Below, piece after piece: positions 21,200 through 32,982 of a DNA stretch of 64,000 bases. Within the stretch, counting starts at the first letter, position 1; every line of letters starts with the position of its first letter. The DNA is from the human T2T-CHM13v2.0 reference genome, Homo sapiens. The notes beneath the pieces were generated by a model that made no database searches, had not been told where the DNA came from, and worked only from the letters and a program-made list of their open reading frames with translations. Both the position numbers and the translations under genes were made by a program. The stretch is taken from NCBI RefSeq assembly GCF_009914755.1, contig NC_060930.1. The stretch is one strand, 5' to 3'.

Positions 21200-21599
21200 C
21201 TAGAACCAGACAAACACTGTAATTGGTAAAGAAGAAGCAGCTACTCATTTTAGCCCGGATAGAGGGCTTTGGAGTAATTTCTGTGGCTTAGACAATGCGC
21301 ATGCTTTGTGTTCAGATATGACTACACCGTGGTATTGTTTTCTCTCTATTCATCACAGTCACAGCACTGCCTTCTCTGATGTTAATGTTCTGCCAAATTG
21401 TTTATGTTCAACAGAAGAACACTGAGGTCTAGCTAAGGGGCACCTCCTGGATGTCAGGCAATATTTTTGTCTTTCTCACAGGTTATTCTATATAGTTGCA
21501 GTGGATTTCCATGGCTTAGGTAGTTAGTTTGAATATACACAATAAGTTTTCCCCCACAGCTCTGTTAGGACAACAGCAGCTGCTCCCTTAGAGGTAGGT

Positions 21600-21970
21600 A
21601 TACGCACCAAGCCTTAGACATAATGTTTAATCGCTATTGCATAATTGACACCCAAGAAGGACTTATCAGAGCCCTTCTCAGAGACCATGTCTGGGTGAGA
21701 AAATATCTCTCATTCCTCTGGTGTTTTTAACCTAGGGCTGCCTGAGATTGTGTGAACTGACACTTGAAAAAAGGATAGAAGTACATTTTTCTTAAAAGAA
21801 ACAGAGATAAGAAATTAATACTAAGTTCAGAAGTCATCTATAGGCTTGGATACAGCTTTTCCTAAAGTCCTAACCCACCCTTAGATTTCCCAGTCATATG
21901 AGACAATATGATTTATGAGTAAATTCTTTATCAAATTGCATTTTAATTAAATTTCTGTCATTTGTAGTCA
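21600..21970 (+). mobile_element. Degenerate MLT1J/K-like LTR
   Basis: ttggatacagc..cctaaagtcc..cccttagatttcccagtcatatgagacaata resembles the MLT1J/K 3' part. Confidence 0.4.
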
Positions 21971-22039
21971 AACACATCTAGAATAATGTATAAATACTGC
22001 ATACATAAGTAAAAGTTCCCCATTCAAGAACTGAAGGTT

Positions 22040-22850
22040 AACTATTAACACTAGTATGTAATCCATCAACAAGTCCTGGCATGTATACTCCCGTTTATAT
22101 CTTATATTTGGCCACTTCTCCCTGCATAGCCCCCATGCAGATAAAAGACATTAATGATACATCATTTTCATGTGAAATAGCAGTAGGTTCCTTACTTCTC
22201 TATTTCTTTCTACTCTATTCTCCACACTGCAGTCAAAATAATCTTTAATAAGTATAAATAATAAAAATCCATTGGCTTGGTTAAAATTCTTCAAAACTTC
22301 CAACTTCACCTCAAATAGATTCCAAAGTCTATCATGACCAGACCACTCTTACCTCCCAAACCTCATTTCATTTTACCCTTCACCTCTTCCACTGTCTCAG
22401 CCACACTGGCCTCCTTTTGGCCCATCAAATATATCCTAGTGTTTTTTGCCATCAAGACTTTACATGAACTACTTCTTCTACCTGGAACATTTTCCTAGCT
22501 ACTACAGTTCCCTCATCCCCATCTCTGACTCCCTAGGAATCAGTCAGATCTCCTTAAGGTGCAAGTGATGAATAAAGCAATATTGATAATAAAATAATTT
22601 TCAAAGCAGCCATACTGTAAGTCTTCTTCTCATGCTTCCTCTCAATTTAAACAAAGGCATTTTTCCCATCCCCACACCCACATTGTCACTCTTTCTCAGC
22701 ACTCTATTTTTTTTAAAAAAGCACCAGTCTCATGTTATAATTATAAATGATATTTTGGGAATTGTTTCGGTAATAGTATCTCTCCCACACTTGTTTATAA
22801 GGTCTGTGAAGACTGGACTCTTTAGCTATTTAACATTTGCTTCTGTCTAT
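22040..22850 (+). mobile_element. L2 fragments
   Basis: atccatcaacaagtcctg..., ctctattctccacactgcagtcaaaataatcttt, ctcagccacactggcctcctttt. Confidence 0.55.
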
Positions 22851-23550
22851 ATTTCTTGCCTAGTGCTCCAGTTTCCATTTAATATAGAAATTCTTAATGT
22901 TGTTCCCCAAGATTTTCCTTCTGCTTCAGCTTGCCAGGGTGTGTTACTGACAACTAAAGATTCTTATACCAAGTCTATTTTTTTACACCGTATACTCAAA
23001 CTTTAATAGAGCACCTATTGTAGACTTTTCGTTCCATAATATTTGTTAAAATGAGATTTTTATGCTGTTTCTTATAGAAAGTGTAAATCTAAGAGCTGTT
23101 GCTGTAATACTTCACCAAAAAAAACCTAGAAAAGTAATCAAATGAACATAGTTGAAGACAGACTCTATGCACAAGTTCAGGCAAAGAAACTCATTATAAG
23201 ACTTTTTTAAACCTGAGGCAGAGAGAGATTTTGAAATCCAGGAAACTAGTGATTTTGCATCTAGTCAGACCTCTTATCATCTGGAGATTTTGAGATTAAA
23301 ATCAACATGATCAAATATAAGTAGTCATAGTAGGCCACTGTGCAGTGTAATAATTGATTTTCAAGAATTTCACAGGCTTAAATTGTATGGTTTGTATATG
23401 CTTTCCTTATTACTTGAGTCTCCTATTACAATGTAAAAAATGTTGTCTTAAGAAATTTAACCTTGGAGTTCCAAAATACAGTGTTCTTAATCTCTAACAT
23501 GGATCACAACAAAAGAAAAGGAAGGATGAGCTATCAAGAAAAATGTTCTG

Positions 23551-23877
<327 letters not shown>

Positions 23878-24239
23878 CTAAGAAAGCTGTATGGTTGTTT
23901 CTCATGGAGACGTTAAGGGTGAGATACCACAGTTCTCCTACTAGTGGTTTAGGTGTCACCTAACGCTAGATAAAGCCTCACACAGATTATGATTCTAGTA
24001 AACTACAGTTGTTGAAAACCTAATGCAATGAATCTGTAAGGAACCACTGGGCTCAAAATTGGTCATCAAAGCTACAATTTAAATGCCATTTTACCATGCA
24101 AGATTTAGGGATCTGAAGAGGAGAACCTAAGTTAAACTTGCAAAGGACAGCTCCTAGTTATCCTGATGTGTTCTATTTCACATTTATCCCAAGGTTGATT
24201 ATTTCTCCCCTTACTGGTATTTTGCCAATGTCTACATCT

Positions 24240-24380
24240 GGGAAACTTTATTTTTGCTTTTTTATTACTTGACATAAGAAAGTAAAAAAGAATAACAGAC
24301 CAGCCATGTTTATCTTCACCTTCATTTTCTGTGAGTTAATGAAACAGTCTCTCCAGATCAAGAACACATCTGGTATCCAT
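24240..24380 (-). other. Candidate alternative terminal exon of NMBR (encodes MDTRCVLDLERLFH* in phase 0)
   Basis: Acceptor ttcttgctttttaacag|ATG at 24381/24380, stop at 24336-24338, two AATAAA hexamers at 24261-24266 and 24247-24252. Confidence 0.45.
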
Positions 24381-25459
24381 CTGTTAAAAAGCAAGAATTA
24401 TAATTTTAGCTGTTCTCACTGCTGTCGCTTTATTATCCCCCAGCATTTTTAGGTAATATGCATCCTAATGACTAAGAGAACCACATTTCAGTGACAAAAA
24501 GTGGTAAATAGTGCAAAGTATGAAACTTATAGCATTCAGAATTTCCTAGTTTTTCATACAAGAACTAGATCGGATAGCTAAGTAATCACAACAGCAAACG
24601 CTACAGCTGATCTAAGTCTCTGGCCTATGTATTCTAATCAGTCAGCAATATTCAACCATAAAACATTTGAATTGGAAAATATATGACAGGTTTTTTATAA
24701 ATTTTATATATTACTAAGCAGATTTATCAATTTTGTGAGTACCTTAACACTATCTAAGATTATATTGCATGCTAACTCTTTTTTTCCTTTTTTTTTCACT
24801 TTGCGAAACTATCAGAAGAGAATACAGTCATTTTTTAGTTATAAATCCACAGAAAGGGAAGGAAACCTTCATGCAGGTATAATGGGAATCAGTGAATTGC
24901 CTTCCAGCTACAGTAGAAGCATGGTTCCCACATCATAAAGTGACTGCTTTAACCTACAAAAAGTATTTTCAGGGGCATAAAAAATTGCTTCCTGATGAGC
25001 AACTGTGAGCTTTCTTCTCACTATAAACCACAAAGTATTTAAGAATAAGGCAAATCTAAAGGCACAAGCTTCTCATGTGGCTTTCAGGACAAAGATTCCA
25101 GTTGCACTTTATGCTCTTATTGTTTCTCCTAAAAGATATCATCCAAATGATATATTCTAAGAAACTTTAAGCTTTGAGAGGCCAAAAAAACAAATCTGTC
25201 AAATTCTGTGGATTCCTGACCTGGAGGAATCCATGTTTATATCTGTATAACATTGAAGAGGATATAGGCAGAGTATAAAACAATGATAAACTCAGTACTT
25301 CATAGAATTGGATCAATTAAATCTAATTTCTATTCAAAAGAAGTGCTTCTGTTTTACATCAGGTAAGAAAGAAGGTCATAGAATAATACCTTGAGACATT
25401 CCACAAAATGTTTCCATCTTTTATTTTCAGGTTCTCTCTTTATCTCCCAACCCAGTACC

Positions 25460-26720
25460 ATTCAACACTTTATTTATATTATTTACAATTACTTGGTGAG
25501 CACCAACTACATTAAACTACATTCCAGGAACTACGTAAGCCTTGGGGATATAGTATACACAGACAACACCCTGCTCTTATAGGATTTATATTTAAGATGA
25601 AGGAGAAAGACCATACAAGTAAGTAAAGAGACTAGATAAGTGCTATAAGTACATAAATCAGGACAAAATACTGTGATGAAATAATCTGGTTGGGCACAGT
25701 GGCTCACACCTGTAATCCTAGCATTTTGGGAAGCCAAAGTGGATAGATAACTTGAGCCCAGTAGTTTGAGTCCAGCCTGGGCAATATGGCAAAACCCTGT
25801 CTCCACAAAAATCACAAAAATTAGCCAAGAGTGATGGCATGCACCTGTAGTCCCAGGTACTCAGGAAGCTGAGGTGCGAGGATCACCTGAGACTGGGGTG
25901 GTCAAGGCTGCACTGAGTCAAGATCATGCCACTGCACTCCAGCCTGGGTAACAGAATTAGACCTTGTCTCAATAAAATACACGTATATATTTTACAACTG
26001 ATCTGAGAGTGCTACTATAAATTGATCATGGATAGCCTTTTCCGCAAAAGTTAGCCATGTGAATATCTGAGAAAACAGAGCTACAGGCACAAGACACAAG
26101 TGTAAAGGCATTGAAGTGGGAACCTTTTTATGTGCTTAAGGAATATAAAAGAGTGCTGGTGAGACTGCAGTCCAGTGAGCTAAGTAGGAAATGAATTTGA
26201 AAAGAGAGTCAGGGATCAAAATGTGTAGACTAAGCAAACAGTTTTCACTTTATTCTAAGTGTATTGAGAAGCAAAGATGTGACATGCTCTAATTTAGGCT
26301 TATCATGATTTCTGTTTGCAGTGTGGAATGTGGATTTAATTTGGGACTGGGTGAAAGCAGGGAGATTAGTTAAAATGTTGTTGCATTGATCTAGGCCAAA
26401 AAAAAAAAAATGGTCACTTGTGTGTGACAACCATGGCAATGAGGAGATAGTGAAAATCTCAGGATATGCATACTTTGGAAGTAGAGTCAATCAACAGGAC
26501 TTGCTGATAAATTAGATGTGGAGAGGCAGAAAATGAGGAACTAAAAATGACACTTTTGAACTGAGTTTGTGTTCCTTCAGTAAAGGGTAGAAGTCATGAC
26601 ATTTACTAAAATACAGAAGAAAGGATCAAGTTTGAGAACAATGAGTTAGCTGCAGACACATTAACTTTGAGATGACTGAAATATTCAGAGCAGATGTCCC
26701 AGTAGACAGAGGAATTTGCG
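25460..26720 (-). mobile_element. L2 fragments interrupted by an Alu
   Basis: attcaacactttattta..gagcaccaactac; gtgtaaaggcattgaagtggga; aggacttgctgataaattagatgtg. Confidence 0.6.
25688..25978 (+). mobile_element. Alu (AluJ-like)
   Basis: Diverged Alu dimer with J-type ttgagccca and gtcaaggctgca motifs. Confidence 0.92.
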
Positions 26721-28634
26721 GGTCTAAACCATAGCTGTGCCCTCTTCAAGCCTCCAGCCAACACCCTTGCCCATTGCCTCTTGGGCAAATCAGACTCTGA
26801 GCTATAATTTGAAAATGAGTGTTACAATAACTCAACAACTGCAACCCTTTTTTCTCTTCTATTTTCTTACCCTTTAGTGGAAATCCTCCTTTCCTTACTC
26901 CAAAAGAGTTGGACTGTTCAGCTCAGGACACTAGAACGTATTTCAGCATAGCTTTGAGACTTCAAATGATTCATTAGTTGATCCTAAACATACCAACACT
27001 ATGAAAAAGAGTTCACTCCTATCTCTGTTGTCTTGATAATGACTGATGGTGAGTGCACTTCCATTGGACTCCCTTAGTTTATACACTGATTTTGAGAGAC
27101 CCAAACACAACTCATCTCTAGTTGGTTAATTCTACTTAAGTCTTACGTTCCTCTTCAAAGTCTTCACTACAAATAAAAACAGTAAACAATGTCACGTTTA
27201 TTTGTTTCATAAGTTTTGAGCCATTTTATGAAACAACTTATTGACTGCAATGATAAAGAACGGTTTCTAGAGTTCTCTACAACCTTCATAAAAGAATGCA
27301 TCAAACACAGCTAACAGTCTATATTAAAAAAAGAGAATGCTCTTTGAAATATGTAAAAGCTATCATATATAACATTTTGCATATACTTCCCTGATAAAGA
27401 AAAACACCCAATAAAATAAGCTCTCATTAGTTACATTTCTGATTTTTTACTCTATGATTTTTTTTTGCTTAAAAAAGCCAATTTCTGCCTTTTCACAAGG
27501 AATTGTATATATAGAGGCAATTCCTTTGCTATACCTGTTCTTGTTTTTGTCTCTTACCTTCTATATCTAATTAGCAGATCTACAAAAGCTTCACTGATTA
27601 TTATTTGCAGTGGTTATTATTATTCCTAGGAGCTCAGTGCAGAAATCTTAATTATTTATATTTTTAAAAATATATTCTTTATTTTTCTTTAATGATTATT
27701 AGCAAGTGACAGAGACACTAAGAAAAATATTGATTTCATATACTTTCAGGTAACTGACTCAATTAAGAAAAGAATATAAAACCTGTACTAATAAAATAAT
27801 TTATTTGTATTTAACCTAGCCACTAGGATCTAATAGGAGATTTTAACCTGTATCAACAAGAAAATATTCAGATAAGATGAAAGTTTCAACTAACCATATA
27901 GTGGTTTCATATGAACACCAAATATTAAGAAACAGATGATACGTGAATATTTTGTTTTCTATGCAAGTGTTTTGACACTCCGTCAAAATACTATTGTTTT
28001 TAAGTCTCTAGAGAACAAGAATGCTATCCTACCATAAAGTATGTTTGCAAAAAGGAATGAAATATTGTCTTTAAAGATCAATCAAGTGCAGCAATTTTTG
28101 CTTCAAGATTCCAGACCCATCTTTTACTTTGCCAAGCAATAATTACATCATGAAACTTGAGTTAAGACACATTTGTCACCACTTTTGCAGCCTTTCTATT
28201 AGAATAGCTTGAGAGTGATTATACTAATATATATTAAATCCTATAATACAGTTTTTAAAAATTACGCTCCAAGAAACACCTTATCTAACAATAGTTTAAT
28301 CATTTCAGAAGACAGTTACATCAACATAAAATCATGCAAGTAATTCCTATAATCGACAAAACATGATACATCAATTAAACTGTTAAAGCAGAGTAGACTT
28401 CACACATTGAATTAAAACTCTCTCAAAAAAGTAGGCTGAAAGGACAAGATTTTCTGTTTTCATAAAATAAGCAGTTGAAATCAAACCGAGGATTTTTTCA
28501 GTCAAAACATTTGTGTCTGAAAAGAGCATCTTCAATTTATTTCATTTCTCTCTAATCTTTACAGATTTCAAGTTTCCTAAATGTGACTTTTCTCCCGTTT
28601 GTAAACAAATAAAAATTTACATTCAAATACAATT

Positions 28635-29648
28635 ATCAACATCCTTCATAGTGAAGACCTAGGAAAGGATGTTGAATTTGAAGTTGTTGGTGATGCCCCA
28701 GAAAAAGTGGGGCCCAAACAAGCTGAAGATGCTGCCAAAAGCATAACCAAAGGCAGTGATGATGGAGCTCAGCCCTCCACCTCCACAGCTCAAGAGCAAG
28801 ATGATGTTCTCATAGTTGATTAGGATGAAGAAGATTCTTCAAATAATGCCGACGTCAGTGAGGAAGAGAGAAGCCGCAAGAAGAAATTAGATGAGAAAGA
28901 GAATCTCAGTGCAAAGAGGTCACGTATAGAACAGAAGGAAGAGCTTGATGATGTCATAGCATTAGATTGAACAGAAATGCCTCTAAACAGAACCCTCTTC
29001 CTATTTAGGTTATCTGGGCAGAACCAGATTGTTAGGTCCTTTGTTGCAAAGAGAAAAAATTGACACCAGTGACTTGAAAATGATTCTGCTCCCTTTCAAA
29101 GCATTCATTTTGCTAGAACTGTTAGACACATTGCAGTATGCTGTATTGAAAGTGGGAATATAGTTTTAAAAACCCTTTGAACAAAGTGTGTGCATAACCA
29201 GTCATGAGATAAAACAACACAATGCATGTTGCCTTTTTAATGTAAATACCCTTAGGTATCATTAATAGTTTCAAAATATTGTGGTTTAGTAAAGTTGATA
29301 CCTGGTTATAAATATTATGCCTTTATTTTTGGCTAGAAGAATAATTATTTTTAGCCTAGATTTAACCATTTTCATACTCTTAGATGATTGAAACAGATTC
29401 AAAGAAGTATCGAGTGCTATGCATTAAAACTTGTTTTTAAATGTTAAATGGCACTATGTATATTAATGTAAAACAATGTTAATTTACTCAAGTTTTCAGT
29501 TTGTACTGCCTGGTATGTCTGTGTAATAAGCCAATTTTTGTGTATTGTTACAGTTTCAGGTTATTTATATTCGATGTTTTGTAAAACTCAAATAACGACT
29601 ATACTTACGGACCAAATAAATGGCACCTGCATTCTTGTTTTAAAAAAA
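28635..29648 (+). pseudogene. UBA2: 5'-truncated processed pseudogene of UBA2 (SAE2, SUMO E1 large subunit)
   Basis: From 28635 translates INILHSEDLGKDVEFEVVGDAPEKVGPKQAEDAAKSITKGSDDGAQPSTSTAQEQDDVLIVD*DEEDSSNNADVSEEERSRKKKLDEKENLSAKRSRIEQKEELDDVIALD*, the last 111 codons of UBA2. Premature TAG at 28821-28823, native TGA at 28968-28970, then 3' UTR, AATAAA at 29615-29620, short A tail, and TSD aaatacaatt at 28625-28634 and 29646-29655. Confidence 0.95.
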
Positions 29649-30542
29649 TACAATTTTTTGTAGGTGCTTCTCAGATTTTACGCCTGTAATGCAGTTTTAT
29701 AAACTAATACTTATAAACTAATGTTTATTACAAGAAAAAAATTATTCATGCTGCACTGATTTTTTATTTATTAAATTAAGAAGTACAAAATACATGTGAT
29801 TTAAATAAATAGAATAAGTGCAATCAATAACTTCTATTTTATCAGTGAGGATTCACTCATTAAAAGGCACAACGCCAAAATAAATTCAAGAATATTCATT
29901 TTATAAATTTTGGGATGGAAAGGAAAACGTGATTCCGAGATAGAAAGGGGGAAAAAATCCTGTTGGAATTGCTTCTAATTTTATTTGAATTAAACATATT
30001 ATTTCTTTAAAATAAGAGGAGACAGCAATGCCAATACATCAAGTACAATTATTAATTCCACAGTTTCACACAATCCTACAATCCATGTGTTGCCAAATAT
30101 TGTCAAAGATTTAAAGAAATTTATCATCAAGTCCCATACTTATAAAATCTAATTATTTAAGGTTTAAAATAATGGAATGAATATTAATTAAAAACAGAAA
30201 AAATTAAAATCATGTTAGTTTTAAAAATTGTAACAATCACAACATGGGTTTGGTTATTATTTATGGTATTGTTTTCCCTCATACATACTTCAGTTGGCAT
30301 TCATCTACCACTATCAACTTGAAAAACATACAATAAAGGAAGAGCTACCATTTTAGAACCAAAGGCTCAAGTCTGGCAAACTGTTCTCATGCGTACTTTA
30401 GAAATCTAATTGGCAGAATATAGTTGAGACGATAATATTAATGCTCTAAATAATTCTACGATAGGATGGTATGTCACTGAATCGAAATACACCTGACTTT
30501 GTAAATTTGAAAACTTGTTTTCTAATAAAAGAAAATTATTCT

Positions 30543-32694
30543 ATTTTTATTTTTAGTTTTTGTGGGTACATATTAGGAGTATACATTTATGGGATACATG
30601 AGATAGTATGATATAATCATACAATGTTTAATAATCACATCAGGTTATATGGGGTGTCTATCACCTCAAGCATTTATCCTTTCTTTGTTTTGCAAACAAT
30701 CCGATTATACTCTTTTAGCCATTTTTAAATGTACAACAAGTTATCATTTACTGTAGTCACCCTGTAATGCTATCAAATAACAGATCCCTTTCATTCTAAT
30801 TTTATTTTGTACCTATTAATCATCCTCACTTCCCCCTCCCCTTCTGCTACCCTTCCCAGTCTCTGGTAACCAACATTCTACTCTCTAACTCCATGAGTTC
30901 AAATATTTTAACTTTTAGCTCCCACAGATAATTAAGAACATGTGAAGTTTGTCTTTCTGTGCCTGGCTTATTTCATGTAACATAATGACCTCCAGTTCCA
31001 CCCATGTTGTTAGAAATGACAGAATCTCATTCTTTTGTAAGGCTGAATAGTACTCCATTGTGTACATGTACCACATTTTGTTTATCCATTTCATCTGTCG
31101 ATGGACACTTAGGTTGCTTCCAAATCTTAGCTATTGTGAACAGTGCTGCAATAAACATGACAGAGCAGGTATCTCTTCAACACACTGATTGCCTTTCTTT
31201 AGGGTATATACCAAGAAGTGGGATTGCTGGATCATATAGTAGCTCCAGTTTTAGTTTTTTGAGGACCCTCCAAACTGTTTTCCATACTAGTTGTGCTAAT
31301 TTACATTCCCACCAATAGTGTACCAGGGTTCCCTTTCTCCACATTCTTGCCGGCATTTGCCTGTCTTTTGGATATAAGCCATTTTAACTGGAGTGAGATG
31401 ATACCTTGTTACAGTTTTGATTTACATTTCTCTGATGATCATTGATGTTGAGCACCTTTTCATATGCCTGTTTGCCATTTGTATGTCTTCATTTGAGAAA
31501 TGTGTATTCATATATTTTGCTCATTTTTAATCAGATTTCTAATTTTTTTTCCTCTGGAGTTGTTTGAACTCCTTATATATATTCTGCTTATTAATACCTT
31601 GTCAGATGAGTAGTTTGCAAATATTTTCTCCCATTCTGTGGGTTGCCTCTTCACTTTGTGCATTGTATCCTTTGCTGTGCAGAAGCTTTTTAACTTGATG
31701 TGATACTTTTTCCATTTTTGCTTTGGTTGCTTGTGCTTGTGGGGTATTACTCAAGAAATCTTTGCCCACTCCAATGTCCTAGAGTTTCCCCAATGTTTTC
31801 TTATAGTAGTTCCATAGTTTGAGGTCTTACATTTAAGTCTGTAATCCATTTTTATTTGATTTTTATATATAGTAAGAGATATTTGATTTTTATATGTGGT
31901 GAGAGTCTAGTTTCATTCTTCTGCATATGGATATTCAGTTTTCCCATCACCATTTATTGAAGAGACTATCTTTTCCCCAATGTATGTTCTTGGCACCTTT
32001 GTCAAAAATGAACTCACTATAGATGTATGAATTCTGGGTTCTGTATTCTGTTCCATTAGGCTAAGTGTCTGTTTTTATGGAAGTACCATGCTGTTTCGGT
32101 TTCTATAGCTCTGTAGTACAATTTGAAGCCAGGTGATGTGATTCTTCCAGTTTTGTTTTTTCTACACAGGACAGCTTTGGCTATTGTGGTTCCATATAAA
32201 TTTTAGGATTTTTTTCTGTTTCTGTGAATAATGTCATTGGTATTTTGATAGGGATTGCATTGAATGTATAGATTGCTTTGGTTAAGTTGAACATTTTGAT
32301 AATATTGATTCTTTCAATCTATGAATGTGGAATATCTTTCCATTTTGTGTGTGTGTTCTCTTCAATTTCATCAATGTTTTATAGTTTTCATTGTAGAGGT
32401 CATTTATTTTGTTAATTTCTAGGTATTCTATTATAACTGTAGCTATTGTAAATGGAATTACTTTCCTGATTTCTTTCTCTGCTAGTTCATTACTGGTATA
32501 CAGAAATGCTACTGATTTTTGTATGTTGATTTTGTATCCTGCAAATTAACTGAATTTGTTCATCAGTTCTCATAGTTTTTTGGTGGTGTCTTTAGGTTTA
32601 TCCAAATATAAGATCATCATCTGTAAACAAGGATAATTCGACTTCTTCCCTTCCAATTTGGGGATTTCTTTCTTTCTTTCTTTCTTTCTTTTTT

Positions 32695-32748
<54 letters not shown>

Positions 32749-32982
32749 TTCCTTCCTTCCTTCCTTCCTTCCTTCCTTCCTTCCTTCCTTCCTTCCTTTC
32801 TTTCTTTCTTTCTTTCTTTCTCTCTTTCTTTCTCTTTTCTGATTTCTCTAGCTAGGGCTTACAGTACTATACTGAATAACAGTGGTGAAAATGGGCATCC
32901 TTGTAGTGTTCCAAATCTAAGAGAAGGGTTTTCATTTTTCTTCATTCAGTATAATACTAGCTGTGAGTCTGTCATATATGGC
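30543..32982 (-). mobile_element. 5'-truncated L1MA-like LINE (about 2.4 kb)
   Basis: Antisense L1MA 3' UTR and ORF2 C-terminal sequence; TSD gaaaatt[a/g]ttct at 30531-30542 and 32983-32994. Confidence 0.9.
32666..32840. repeat. Compound (TTTC)n(TTCC)n(TTTC)n microsatellite inside the L1
   Basis: Direct observation. Confidence 0.96.

Noticed and set aside
25209-25233. 9-bp hairpin tggattcct...aggaatcca
   Set aside because: Expected by chance in 64 kb; no RNA-gene context.
32658-32855. SFFL-repeat ORF
   Set aside because: Translation of the (TTTC)n/(TTCC)n repeat.
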